Assembly (NCBI RefSeq): GCF_009914755.1
Contig: NC_060925.1
DNA: 64,000 nt
Direction: 5' to 3' (one strand)
DNA from: the human T2T-CHM13v2.0 reference genome, Homo sapiens
A program made the translations under genes and the position numbers. Positions 17,930 to 37,723 of this stretch are shown piece after piece. The notes under the pieces are model-generated. The model searched no databases and was not told the origin of the DNA. It worked only from the letters and a program-made list of their open reading frames with translations. The stretch's first letter is position 1. Every line of letters begins with the position of its first letter.

Positions 17930-19800
17930 AACCCCCTCCTCTCTCAGCATCTCCTTCCGGAATAAAAAGTAGCACCTCCACCCTGCTGCCGAAACAGCAC
18001 CTTAGGAGTCATCCTTGATGCCTCCACCTCCTCCCTCTTGACATGAAATCAAACACAAGTCCTGCTCCTTCCACTGTCTAAATATCGTTCACATCTGAGT
18101 ACTTTTCTCCATGCACATGGCCAGCACCCTAGTTCAGGCCTCCTGACTCCTCCCCCTGCATCGTCTTGCCCTTCCAATCCACTCTCCAGTCTTCGAGCAG
18201 AGCAATCTTACAGAAACTCCCCTAGCAATCCTTGGGTGGCAGCCCATTGCCCCAGAATAAGTCAGACTCCTGAGAGCTTGAGTGACAAGACTCTGTGTGA
18301 TCTCAGACTTCTACAGCTCTGCCTTCAGGCTTCTCAGGTCAGGCTGGCTCCTCCTCACCCCCAGACTTCCCTACGCCCTGTGAATCTCAGGTCTCTGCCT
18401 GTTCCTCACAGAAAAGGCAGTGACCACAGGCACTGTCCCCACTTGTTTTAACTGACCCAAATCAAGTTCTGTGAAACTCTTCTTGTCTAGGTCACCAATG
18501 ACCTCCTCTCTGTCAAACCTAGTGTCAATTCCACCCTCTGCCCTCACCCGCCTTCACTCACTTTCTTCGCTTGGCTTCCAGAGCATCACACTCTTCTGGC
18601 TTTTCTCCTCTTTCTGAGCGCTCTGCTCTGTTTTCTTTGTCAGTTCCCCCTCATTTCTGCAAACTCTAAATGCTGGAGACCTGGGCTTCATTTCCTTCCC
18701 ACCTACACTGACTTCCGAGTGAGATTTCTCCCCTCCTAAAGGTTTTAGAGTCCATCTAAGTGCTGGTGACTCTCAATATTTGTCTGCAGCCCATCCCTTT
18801 GTCCCAGTCCCCAGACTCTGAATTCCAGCTGCCTACTTGACATCTCCATGCTGAACTGCACGTGTAGAAAACAGAACTCCTGATCACCTGCCTCCTGCCT
18901 GGATGTGTTCCTCCTAGAACTTTTCTCAACTCAGTCAATGACAAGTCCATCTTTTCACACTCCTCATCCAATCCCACAAAAACCCAGCAGCTCCACCTTC
19001 TGAGGAGACTTCCACCCTCCTCATGCCTCCTGGAGGCACCCACCTCTGCTACCCTGACCCAGGCTGCCATCATTTCATGTGAAATATTGCTCCTCCCGAA
19101 ACTTGCCAGGCCATGTCACCCCTCAGCTTGTAAGTCTCCAGTGCCACCTCGTCTCGCTCAGAATAAAACTTCAAATGCATACAAGAGTCTACAGGGCCCC
19201 CCTCCCTCACCCCTCTGATCTCATCTCCTACCTCTCTATCCCTCAGTCACCGGATCCACCCATGCTAACTTCCTCTCTGCTCCCATCATTCCTCAGACAC
19301 ACCAAGTCTCCTCCTGCCTCAGGGCCTTTGCACCTGCTGTGCCTGCTGCCGAGAATGCTTTTCCTCCAGTTGTCTGCATGGCTCTTCTCCTATTTCATAC
19401 AGGCCTCTATTCAGATGTCCGCTTACCCGAGTGGCCTTCCCTGACACCCTGTGTAGAACAGCCCCAATCCTGTCACTCTTCAACAATATTTCACATGAAA
19501 TGATGGCAGCCTGGGCCAGTGTAGCAGAGGCAGGTGCCTCCAGGAGGCATGAGGAGGGTGGAGGCTGGGTCTGCTTGGAAGGTGGAGCTGCTGGTGGAGC
19601 TCTTTGGTTTTCTTGTCAGTGTGTACTCATCATTACTAGACAGACTCTGTCTTCTTTGCTTGTTATCCATATTACTCACTCGTCTGTCTCCTCCTTCTAG
19701 AATGGAAGCTCTTGAAGGCAGAGATATTCAGGTCATTTACATTCACTCCTGTTTTTCCAGTGCGCAGAAAGTTGCGTGGCACACAGTGGTCCCTCAGCAC
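17930..19800 (+). mobile_element. Old L2 fragments
   Basis: L2-like motifs (gtcaccaatgacctcc, cagggcctttgcacctgctgt, cagtgcgcagaaagttgcgtggcacacag); boundaries approximate. Confidence 0.65.
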
Positions 19801-20037
19801 TGCCTGAACTTGTGCACCGCTGCCTGCTAGGCTAAATGGTACCCTGTATTTCTTCTTGAATCACAGTCTCCACCCTGGATTTCTATTACTTGTCTGTTTT
19901 TGCTGCTGGAAAGTAGGCTTTGTGAGTTTGAGATCCATCTGTCTGTCTTGTTCATGGGTCTGTTCTCAGGGCCTGCCAGCAGTTGGTAGGCCCTAAGTAC
20001 TCCGTAAGTATCTCTTACATTAAAAAACAAATGACTA

Positions 20038-20496
<459 letters not shown>

Positions 20497-20700
20497 TTAA
20501 GGACGGTCCCCCAGCACTCATATTTCTCGAAGGGCCTGCCACCCTCCCATGAAGATGAAGATGCCTGGGTAAGGGAGGCATGCCCGAGTGGTGTTTCGGG
20601 ATGAGAAAGTGCCTGGTGCCGCGTCCTGCGCCTGGGCTCTGAGCGGGAGGGGCGCTGGCCCGAGACCCTGGGCTCTCTGGTCAGGGTCTGGGGCGCGTAC

Positions 20701-20869
20701 CTGTCGGGCGAGGGGCTCGGTGAGCGTCTCCCCGTAGGGGCTGAGCGGGTGCGCGGTGTAGTGCAGCAGCAGGTCCTGCAGCCGCGCGTGGGCGCTGTCC
20801 TCGCCCAGCACCACGTGGCGCCCGTCCCTGAGCTGGGCCAGCAGGAAGTGGCGGCAGCAAGTCCGGCTC
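20701..20869 (-). CDS. SH2D2A: SH2D2A exon 5, SH2 domain C-half ([13 protein letters not shown]...TLTEPLARQ)
   Basis: 169 nt, phase 2/0, AG/GT boundaries. Confidence 0.96.
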
Positions 20870-21057
20870 CTGGAGGGCGCCGTTAGGGATCAGACTATCT
20901 CCCGCTCCTCGGCCAGGGTCACCAGCGAGAGGCGTGATCCCCACCTTCAGCAGCCCGGGGAATGAGCTAAGAGCCCGGCTCCTCACGGGATCAGACCCAA
21001 GCCCCGCCCCTCCCGAGCCCCGCCTTGTGTCGCCCGGCGCGGGGCCTCGCCCCTCAC

Positions 21058-21147
21058 CTGTAAGTCAGCACGAAGGTCACCGCGCTCTCGCTGAACCGCA
21101 CCAAGTAGCACCCCTGAGGCTTGGGCTCCAGCAGCCTCTCTGCCTCC
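21058..21147 (-). CDS. SH2D2A: SH2D2A exon 4, SH2 core (EAERLLEPKPQGCYLVRFSESAVTFVLTY)
   Basis: 90 nt, phase 2/2; YLVRFS is the FLVRES-type motif. Confidence 0.96.
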
Positions 21148-21889
21148 CTGTGGGTGACGGAGAGAGGGGGCCGAACCCTGCTCTGACACTTCCAGCCTCG
21201 CCTCTGTCTCCCCGGCTCTCACGAGGAACCCCTACCCCCAAGCAAGAATGCTGGAGCGGCTAGAGAAAGGCTAGGGCGGAGATGGGGAGAGAGAGCACGT
21301 GGGCGCTGCTCTCCCGCTGCAGGGATTAGGCGTGGACAGGGGCCAGGGGTCCCATTCAGGAGACCCCCGCATCCTCCCCTGGCCTCATCCTGAAAGGGCA
21401 GCCTGCAGGGGCTGCTACTGCAGCTACAGGGATGGGAAAGTAGTTGGACTTCCAGATTTCAGAAGTCAAAGCTGAACTGAGGAGGTGAACAAAGAGTTAG
21501 GGAGAAATGAGGCTGAGAAATGGAGGAGGGAGATTCTGCAAGGGTGGAAGAAGAGAGGGCTGGGAGATAAAGATGGAGTAAGCCTGGAGGGAGAGAGAGG
21601 TGGAAAATACCAGCATTCGAGGCCTTAGGGACAGGAGGATAATGGGGCCTAGAGAGGGGAAGCTGAGGTACACAGAGGGCTGGACTGGAGCCTCTCCAAT
21701 GATCTCCCCTGGAGAGATGCCTCAGTGAAAGGCTAGGAAAACTCTGGGAGTGGGAGCCTGGAGTGGGCGCCTCCATCTACTCCAGACTGGTAGAAGTGGG
21801 AGCCTTCATCTATTCCTGGCAGGTGGCAGGACCCAGACCCAGGACTTGCCCTGCCCCTGTCTGGGCCAATTTCCTCCTCCATGACTCAC

Positions 21890-22074
21890 CTCCGGGTGAT
21901 GAAGCCATGGAACCAGGCAGGGGCTGCCCCGTGCTGCAGGAGCCAGTGGGCCTGGGTCTTCTGGAACCAAGCCCGGGTCTCGGCCTGCAGGAACAGGCTT
22001 CCTTCTCCAGGCACCTCCTCTGCCCTCTCAGCATTCCCTGTGCTGGAGGCAGCCTCCGGGGCCTGGGGAGATGC
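21890..22074 (-). CDS. SH2D2A: SH2D2A exon 3 (ASPQAPEAASSTGN...WFHGFITR)
   Basis: 185 nt, phase 0/2; SH2 start WFHG. Confidence 0.96.
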
Positions 22075-22682
22075 CTGGATCAGGGAAGAGTTCAAGGAGG
22101 GGGAAGCAGCATGATGAGTGGGCCTTCTCCTGACTTTGATCCACCTGCCACCTTCTTTTCCTCATACCCAGCCTCTCCTGTCTATTTTAGGGTACAATTG
22201 CCCAGAAAGTCCTTCCTAAAGTCTAACTTAAATCCCTTCTTCAGCTCCAGCTGTTCTGGCTTCCAGAGACTCTCCTTCCTTTGCCCTCTGGGTCCTGAGG
22301 GCTTTTAATCCAGCAGCAGTGAGCTGTCACACTGTGCTCTAGGAGGGGCGGGAAAGGCAGCACAGCCTTCCAGATGGACAGAGTCATTCCCTGGCCTGGA
22401 GGATGAAGAAACATGACGCAGGAAGTCACCCTAGAGGCCAGAATGAGGGAGGGCTTACTTCATAATATGAGGGACTGACCTAGTTCGCAGGGAAAATTAT
22501 TGACTGGGCAGGAGAGAAGGACTGAGACGGGAATGTGGAATGCACTGGGCAAATGGTCACTGACACAGAGTGCAGATGCCTGCTTCTGGGACTCAATGCA
22601 CTGCACCCTGGTCATCTGCGGACTCAGCCTGAGCTTCCAGAGGGCCTAGGAGCAGTAAGGGAGTGAGTGGGCAACTCAGCGC

Positions 22683-22691
22683 ATGAAGGAG
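22683..22691 (+). CDS. NTRK1: Coding part (MKE) of the distal alternative NTRK1 first exon, inside SH2D2A intron 2
   Basis: ATGAAGGAG|gtactc splices in frame to 48900, giving [13 protein letters not shown]..., the recalled alternative TrkA N-terminus. Confidence 0.8.
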
Positions 22692-22857
22692 GTACTCCTC
22701 ATTTTCGTTCTCTCTCTCTGTGCCCCAGCCCGTTGGCAGACCCGGATCATTCCTGCCTTCTCTTGGAGTGGCCTTTGTCCATCTGCAAGTCCTTCCCCAT
22801 GGGAGGGTGGGAGAGATGAGGGACTGCACCGCGCTGCCACCCCAGGTTTCCACTCAC

Positions 22858-22946
22858 CGCAGTGTAGCCCAGGTTCTGGCAGCTCCTGCGGGTCATGTCT
22901 GTGATCTGGAAGGTGCTGAAGGTTGGGATGGGGGCTTCGTGACTCC
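22858..22946 (-). CDS. SH2D2A: SH2D2A exon 2 (GSHEAPIPTFSTFQITDMTRRSCQNLGYTA)
   Basis: 89 nt, phase 1/0, AG/GT boundaries. Confidence 0.95.
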
Positions 22947-23526
22947 CTGTGAGCACAAAGAGGGCTGCCGGGGTTTCTCAGAGAGGAACTATGTCTGTCT
23001 CTGCCTCCCACCCCTCCTCCCAGGCTCAGGGGATCTGGAGGGCTGGGACAGTCTTAACGACAGGAAAAACGCAGAAGGGCAGCAGGGGAGTTTCTCAGGC
23101 ATGAGGTTAAGTAGCCAAGGCGGCATGGGGGGCTAATGCTGCCAGAGGAGGTTGTGAGGGACACCAGGTGCCTAGAAGGAGAGGCTGGGAGTCAGGCTGG
23201 CCTTCGGATGGTCAGGGAGGCAGATCACTTCAGGGCAGGCCCTTCTTCTGGTCCAGGATCTTCTGCCTCCTTCTCCCTTCATCCTCCTGCTCCCTCCTCT
23301 CTCCTCTCTGAGAAGCCCTCAACAAACCCTGTCACCTTTATCCTCAGGGATGAGTGGGCATGGAGCCCCAGGCAGGGTTGTGGTCACCCTGCCAATCAGC
23401 TTTGCCAGCTCTGGCTTAGGGTGGGGCCCCTCATCCCTGAAGTGGGAGCTCAAGCCCAGGAGGGAGGGCAGGGGGATGGGGGTCTTTGTGCCCCCTCCCA
23501 CCCATATCCTTCAACTTCACACTTAC

Positions 23527-23560
23527 CTTGGGGACATATCTGGGCCAGGGGGAACTCCAT
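23527..23560 (-). CDS. SH2D2A: SH2D2A exon 1 CDS (MEFPLAQICPQ-G)
   Basis: ATG at 23560, gtaagt donor; all exons sum to 389 codons plus stop. Confidence 0.95.
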
Positions 23561-23599
23561 GAGGGCAGCCTCACAAGGGATCCCAGAGCAGGGTGTGTG

Positions 23600-23760
23600 T
23601 ATGTGTTCCGGAAAGGTGTGCACACTCAGCAACTCATCATCTCTCCTCTCACCCTGGCCCCGGGGGCAGGAAATGTCGCCTTACCCACAGCCTTAGTTCT
23701 GGCGAGGACTCACGTCATGGAAAGCCTTAAGACGATTGTCCCACCCCCGGAAGCCACGCA
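23600..23760 (-). promoter_or_regulatory. SH2D2A: SH2D2A proximal promoter with CRE-like and ETS motifs
   Basis: TGACGTGA (23710-17,-), caggaaat (~23668), ccggaag (~23747); no TATA seen. Confidence 0.65.
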
Positions 23761-23895
23761 GCTGTAGATAGCGGTGGTATAGCGGTGGGGGGTATCTGTG
23801 TCACTCTGTGTTTAGGTGTTAGGAAGCCCTTACTGCTGCCTGACCTTCATCCCTCCAGATTCTTTCTCTGCCCCCTCACCCCAAACTAGAACTTC

Positions 23896-23899
<4 letters not shown>

Positions 23900-23949
<50 letters not shown>
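23900..23949 (-). repeat. (GA)25 microsatellite in the SH2D2A promoter
   Basis: Uninterrupted (TC)25 on the + strand. Confidence 0.95.
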
Positions 23950-23952
<3 letters not shown>

Positions 23953-24177
23953 TCTCTTGGCTTCTATTTCTTTCTCTCTGGAAAATCTCCCACTCTGCCT
24001 CTTGGCCTGTTCTGAGCAGTGGGAATGGGGATGTCAACCTCAAGGATAAGCCACACAAGGTGCTTATGGATCATGCTTTGAGGAGACATGAGGAAGGGAG
24101 GGGGCAGGGCTGCAACAGGAAGGATGTGGGTCAGACTTCTGGAAGGACTTTTTGAGGACATGTGAAATCTATGAGTC

Positions 24178-24330
24178 TGGGCATGGTGGCTCATGCTTGT
24201 AATCCCAGTACTTTGGGAGGCTCAGGCGAGAGAATCGCTTGAGCCCAGGAGTTCATGATCAGCCCTGGGTAACATAGTGAGAGCCCATCACTATTTTTAA
24301 AATAATAATAATAATAGTAATAATAATAAA
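24178..24330 (+). mobile_element. FLAM-like monomer with (AAT)n tail
   Basis: Single left arm; TSD gaaatctat. Confidence 0.8.
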
Positions 24331-24405
24331 GAAATCTATAAGACAAGGGGTTAGAGAGGAGGGGGCCTGGCTTCCATCATTCAGCAGATAATGGAGCTGA
24401 GTTAG

Positions 24406-24820
<415 letters not shown>

Positions 24821-25199
24821 TAATGTCTTAAACTTTCAATGTGCTTAGACTTCCCACCATACCAAAGGACCAATCCCATTTCTCTCTGAATTTATCTTCA
24901 CAAACTAAGAAGGGGACAGGAACATTATCCCCATTTACCAGAAGCTCAGAGGAGTGCCTTGGCCAGGGTCTTTCAGTGTCTGAGAAGTTGGTGTGAGTGC
25001 TGGGACTAGAAGGTAGACTTCCTTTCACTAATTTCACTGTGATTTAGGCCAAAGGTTCATGACTATGTGCTATGCACTGTTCTTGGTACTGAGAACCCAG
25101 AGAGGAAAAAAAAAACTTTGTTTCAAGATGTCAGATGGGGGAGATGGACTTGCCAAGACTTACTGTTTTTTAAAAAATTGTGTACTGTTTTTTTGCTTT

Positions 25200-28237
<3,038 letters not shown>

Positions 28238-28331
28238 AGCATTTTCCTAACAGATACTTACTAAAGCTTGTAGTGAGTTAGTGGTGTAGGCTGGTGCTAC
28301 GGGAACCCCCCTCAGAGGCCCCCTAATTTAG

Positions 28332-28333
<2 letters not shown>

Positions 28334-28374
<41 letters not shown>
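28334..28374 (+). repeat. (TG)~20 microsatellite
   Basis: Direct reading. Confidence 0.95.
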
Positions 28375-28381
<7 letters not shown>

Positions 28382-29140
28382 GGGGGTTGAGATGTCAGAA
28401 GACATGAGATTAAGCTGAGTTGTAGAGGATGAGTAGGATTGAAGAAGGTGGGGAAAGGTGTTTCTAGAAGAGGGACCAAGCTCAGAGTGGTGAGGAAAGG
28501 AGAAGTGCAGCAAAAAACAGACGCAAACAATGTTACTGCATTGGCTACTTCAAAATGAGCTGCAAAGTGCAGTGGCCAGTTGCTTGGTAAGCATTTCACT
28601 TGGCAAGGAGGACTTTCTTCAGACAGGGTGCAAGGTGAAATCACACGTTGGAGTAATCCACAGAAGGGAGAAAGGAGGAGCGATTTATCTGCCCAACTCC
28701 CTGGTGCTTCCCACTTCCCACTGGATAAGGTTATCCTATAGGAACCGACATAGAGGTTTCATCCTCTGGACCTTGATGTCTACTTGGGAAGCCAGATGCC
28801 ATGGCCCATGTGTGATGTTTGATTTTAATCAGAAATAGAGGGGTGACTCAGAGAGACAGCCTCAACATGTGGGTGTGAAGACCATGCATTCCTAGGACTA
28901 CAGCTTTGACGTCAGGCAGCTCTGGCCACAAAAAAGGGCTCTGATAGAGGCAGTGGTGGTTTGGGAGGCAGGCAGCCCTTTTGGAAATAAAGAGTCAATT
29001 AAAAGAATCTAAGGAAACATACACAATTTGTGTCCAACACGGTCCACCCCCTGTGCCCTCTCATTATGTTCAGCTCCCAGATGATAATTTGGGCTTCAGC
29101 TTGTTCTGTGCAAACGGTGACATTCCTAGTTTCTTACTTA

Positions 29141-29477
<337 letters not shown>

Positions 29478-29519
29478 CTAAAAGATTAGAAAAAAAAAAA
29501 AAAAAAAAAGCTATAGCCT

Positions 29520-32260
<2,741 letters not shown>

Positions 32261-32699
32261 AGCTCTAGGATGGGGCTTTTGGAAAGAATATGGTGATCAA
32301 GGGAATCCGAGGAGATCTGTGTCCAATATAGCAAGAATAATATGCACGGTGGATCATACAGATAGAGTTATTCACTTTTTTATTCCTACTGTCTGCTTTC
32401 AGGGAACAAAACTGATGAGTTTTAGGTTTTACCATCCTGCCCTTTGTGTCCAAACCTTAACAATGGCCCCATCATTACCTTGTATATTCAGTTATTATGT
32501 GACAAATAACTGCCAAGGCCTAGCCTTGCCTTATTTGAGGATTACCTGGTGCCATTTTACAAGTGAGAAAACTGAGATCATAGTCAAGAGACTTAGCTTC
32601 TGTCACACAATAAGAACATTAATCTGAACCTGGGGCTTCCAATTTGGAACTTGTAGGCCATGGGGGTGGAGAGAGATATGCCGTCATGTCCAGCTTGCC

Positions 32700-32900
32700 A
32701 TGAGCAAACACTGTGCTAAGTGCTTTACCGGTCTGAACTCACCTGCCCTTATAACCGGCCCATGAAGTGGGTGCTATTATTATTCTCCCCACTTTACAGA
32801 CAGGGAGTCTGAGACTTGGGGAGGTTAAATGACTTGCCCAGGGCCACACAGAAAGGAAGTGGGGATTAGAACCGGATGGTCTGGTTTCAGATTTTGGGAT
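32700..32900 (-). mobile_element. MIR
   Basis: cccactttacagacagggagtctgagacttggggaggttaaatgacttgccca core. Confidence 0.75.
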
Positions 32901-33012
32901 CTCAATCACTAGCCAGTATAGCTGCCAAAGAGTTAAGGACGCAGCCCCCCACAGATGGGTGGGCACTGCCAACTGCTTTTCCACAGAATGAGTTCATGTT
33001 AAAGACACCTGA

Positions 33013-33470
<458 letters not shown>

Positions 33471-33957
33471 TGATCTCTAAGTAGTTGAGGCTAGAGGCAC
33501 ACACCACCACATCCAGTTCAGTTTCAAGCTTTAAGAAACCAGAATCCAGGATGTTTTTCTAACCACCAGCCCAAACCCTATCCTTGCAGGAATGTATGCT
33601 TTGCAGCCTTTTAAACCCAAAACATGGACTCATTTGCAGAATCATAGTATCTTTTTGCAAGTAGTTTTTCTTTCAGCAGAATGTGCTTTGCCAACATCAT
33701 GAGCAATCATAACATACTCCCACAACACTACTGAAAGGAGCAGTGGGATATCTTAGATTTCACATAATGCCTTTTCTCTGAACAGTTCTAGGCATTTGTA
33801 GAGCCAAAGCATTACTTTATAGTTACTCTTCCTGTATCTATTTAGTAAACACGGATTCTATGCCTACAGTTCACCAAACATGCAAAAGTAAATAAAAACT
33901 CAGCTCCTTGTTTTGGAGCTCACTTCTGGGGGAAGAGAAATAATCATTGCATATTAA

Positions 33958-34572
<615 letters not shown>

Positions 34573-34858
34573 TGCATATTAGTGCCTCTTACTGCTAATT
34601 GAAAAATTAGGTAACAAAAGAAGTGAAATAGAAGTGAGAGACTATGAACCTGAAATGGTCAGCTTCTGGCCCTGACTTCAACAGCTACTTTTCTTCCGTG
34701 GGTCTGCCATGTGTCTGGCTGTTTCTAAATCAGGCTTTATTATAGAATTAGTGTATGAATTTATAATGAGCCAGGCCTGGTAAAATCATCCCTTGTTCTT
34801 ATGAAGGTATGAAAAAAACTTATTTCACAAAATGTTATATAGTATATTAATATATCCA

Positions 34859-35080
<222 letters not shown>

Positions 35081-36463
35081 TAATATATTATAGAAGGCTC
35101 AAAGATCAGCTGATTTACTTGAATAGACAATAAATCAATGGCAGAAGTGATAGGTTTCGAGTTTATTTTCTTCATTTGTTTCCACTCTGAGGTGGTAACC
35201 TTGTCTTATTTATGTTGAATTCTCAGTGCCTGGTAAAATGCTGGCATGCAGGAGATGCTGAGTAACTATGTATTGACATTTTGAGGAAAAAAAAAGCAAA
35301 GAAAGGAAGAAAAGGAAGGTTTAGAGGATAACAGCCCTTCCAGGGAGAGGCAGCTCGTGCTGACTCCTCTTCCACGCTCCCTGCTGGGCTGCCTCCCAGG
35401 CTGTCTCCATGCTTCTCCTCACGCGCAGTCGCGGGTCGGCCTCTGTGTGTGGCAGATGATTCTTCACTCACACGCCTGTGTTTGCCACAGGCACCCGCGT
35501 GGACGAGGATGATGAGGAAGAAGGAGCTGTGGTTTACCCTTCAGTATACGGGTGACTGTGAAGCAATGGAAGGAGAGTGGTGGGGGTCAGGGTCTTTTTG
35601 AGTCTCTGCTCCACCACCAGAAAGGCTGTGTGGCTTGTGGCAAATCCCGGAAGCCCTCTGAGCCTCATTTTCCCCATACGTAAAATGGGAATAACCCAGA
35701 CTAAGTCATTGTACGTAGGAAATGACCAGTGACTCAGTGCATTGCTTTGTCAACTGTAAAAGGCTGCTGCTGTCAGGCCGGAATTATTATCATTGTTCTA
35801 TTTATTATATCCTTAGAGGAGCAATAAAAAGTGGAAGTCCATCCAGGAAGCTCATTCAACAGAGTGGAGCCCTCCTTTGATGTAGCTGGCAGTGCCAGGC
35901 CCTGGGGACATAGCAGCAAACAAGATGTGCGCAGCCTTGCTCTCTGGGAGCCTTTATTCTGGCGGGGGAGAGAGAAATAAATTTATGAACAAATAGGAAA
36001 AGTGATTTCAGCTCACGATAGGAGTGAATAGGAGGTATGAGGATGACAGTGTAGGGTGTTAGATGTAGAGTAGGTGACGCTTTTGGAAGGCCTCTCCATG
36101 AGGTGACAGGTGAGAAGGAGCCAGCCATTCAAGGTCTAGGGAGAGTGTCTCAACAGGGGACAGTGGGTGCCACCACCTAGAGCACACAGCACAGCCACAG
36201 AACAAGGCTCCCCGTATCCCTCATCCCCCCTTTTCAGTTCTGGGGTGGGGCAGAGCAGGACTGAAGATGGGGAGGAACTAAAAAGGCAGTGGGGAGGGCT
36301 GTGGAGTGTCTGCACAGGTCCCTCCAGCCCAGAAGTCTGCCTCCCCAGCCCAGGTTCTGCAGAGAGTTCCAGAGTCCTGGCCACCCTCAGGATCCTGCCT
36401 TTTTGACAGGGAGGCCCTTGGGGATAGACTGTCTCTCGTTGGGCCCAGCTCTGGGTAGGATGA

Positions 36464-37088
<625 letters not shown>

Positions 37089-37427
37089 TAAAAATGGAAT
37101 CAGTTACTCTGTGTGTGGAAGCCTGGGCCCAGGCCAGCAGCTCTGTCAAACAGAGGGGGCTGTCTTGGACTTTGGAACAGCTGAGCCCTCCATGACAGTG
37201 CTGTCTACATGCAGCCCAGGTTACGAGACTGCCAGGAATCTCTGGTGTGCCTCGACATTTCACTGGGATAGAGGTAGCTGGGAAATAGCCTCTCTTATTA
37301 TATCTTCACCCCTCCTCCACCCTTGTGCCCAGGTGAACCTGGGCAAGTTTCTTGATCTCTCCAAGCTTCAGTTGCTGTCTGGTAAACGGGGGAAGAACAC
37401 CTTTCTAGAAGAGAGGTTGTGGGATTC

Positions 37428-37723
37428 TTTTTTTTTTTTTTTTTTGAGACAGAGTCTCGCTCTGTTACCCAGGCTGGAGTGAAGTGGCGTGATCTCTGCT
37501 CACTGCAACCTCCGCCTCCAGTTCAAGTGATTCTCTTGCCTCAACCTCCTGAGTAGCTGGGATTACAGGCATGAACCACCACGTCTGGCCAATTTTTGTA
37601 CTTTTAGTAGAGATGGGGTTTTGCCATGTTGGCCAGGCTGGTCTCGAACTCCTGACCTCAGGTGATCCGGCCACCTCGGCCTCCCAAAGTGCTGGGATTA
37701 TAGACGTGGGCCACCACGCCCAG
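37428..37723 (-). mobile_element. AluS
   Basis: TSD aggttgtgggattct/aggttctgggattct. Confidence 0.92.

Larger units (their letters stand above)
20580..21320. promoter_or_regulatory. Intragenic CpG island over SH2D2A exons 4-5
   Basis: High GC and CpG density, GC boxes. Confidence 0.75.
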
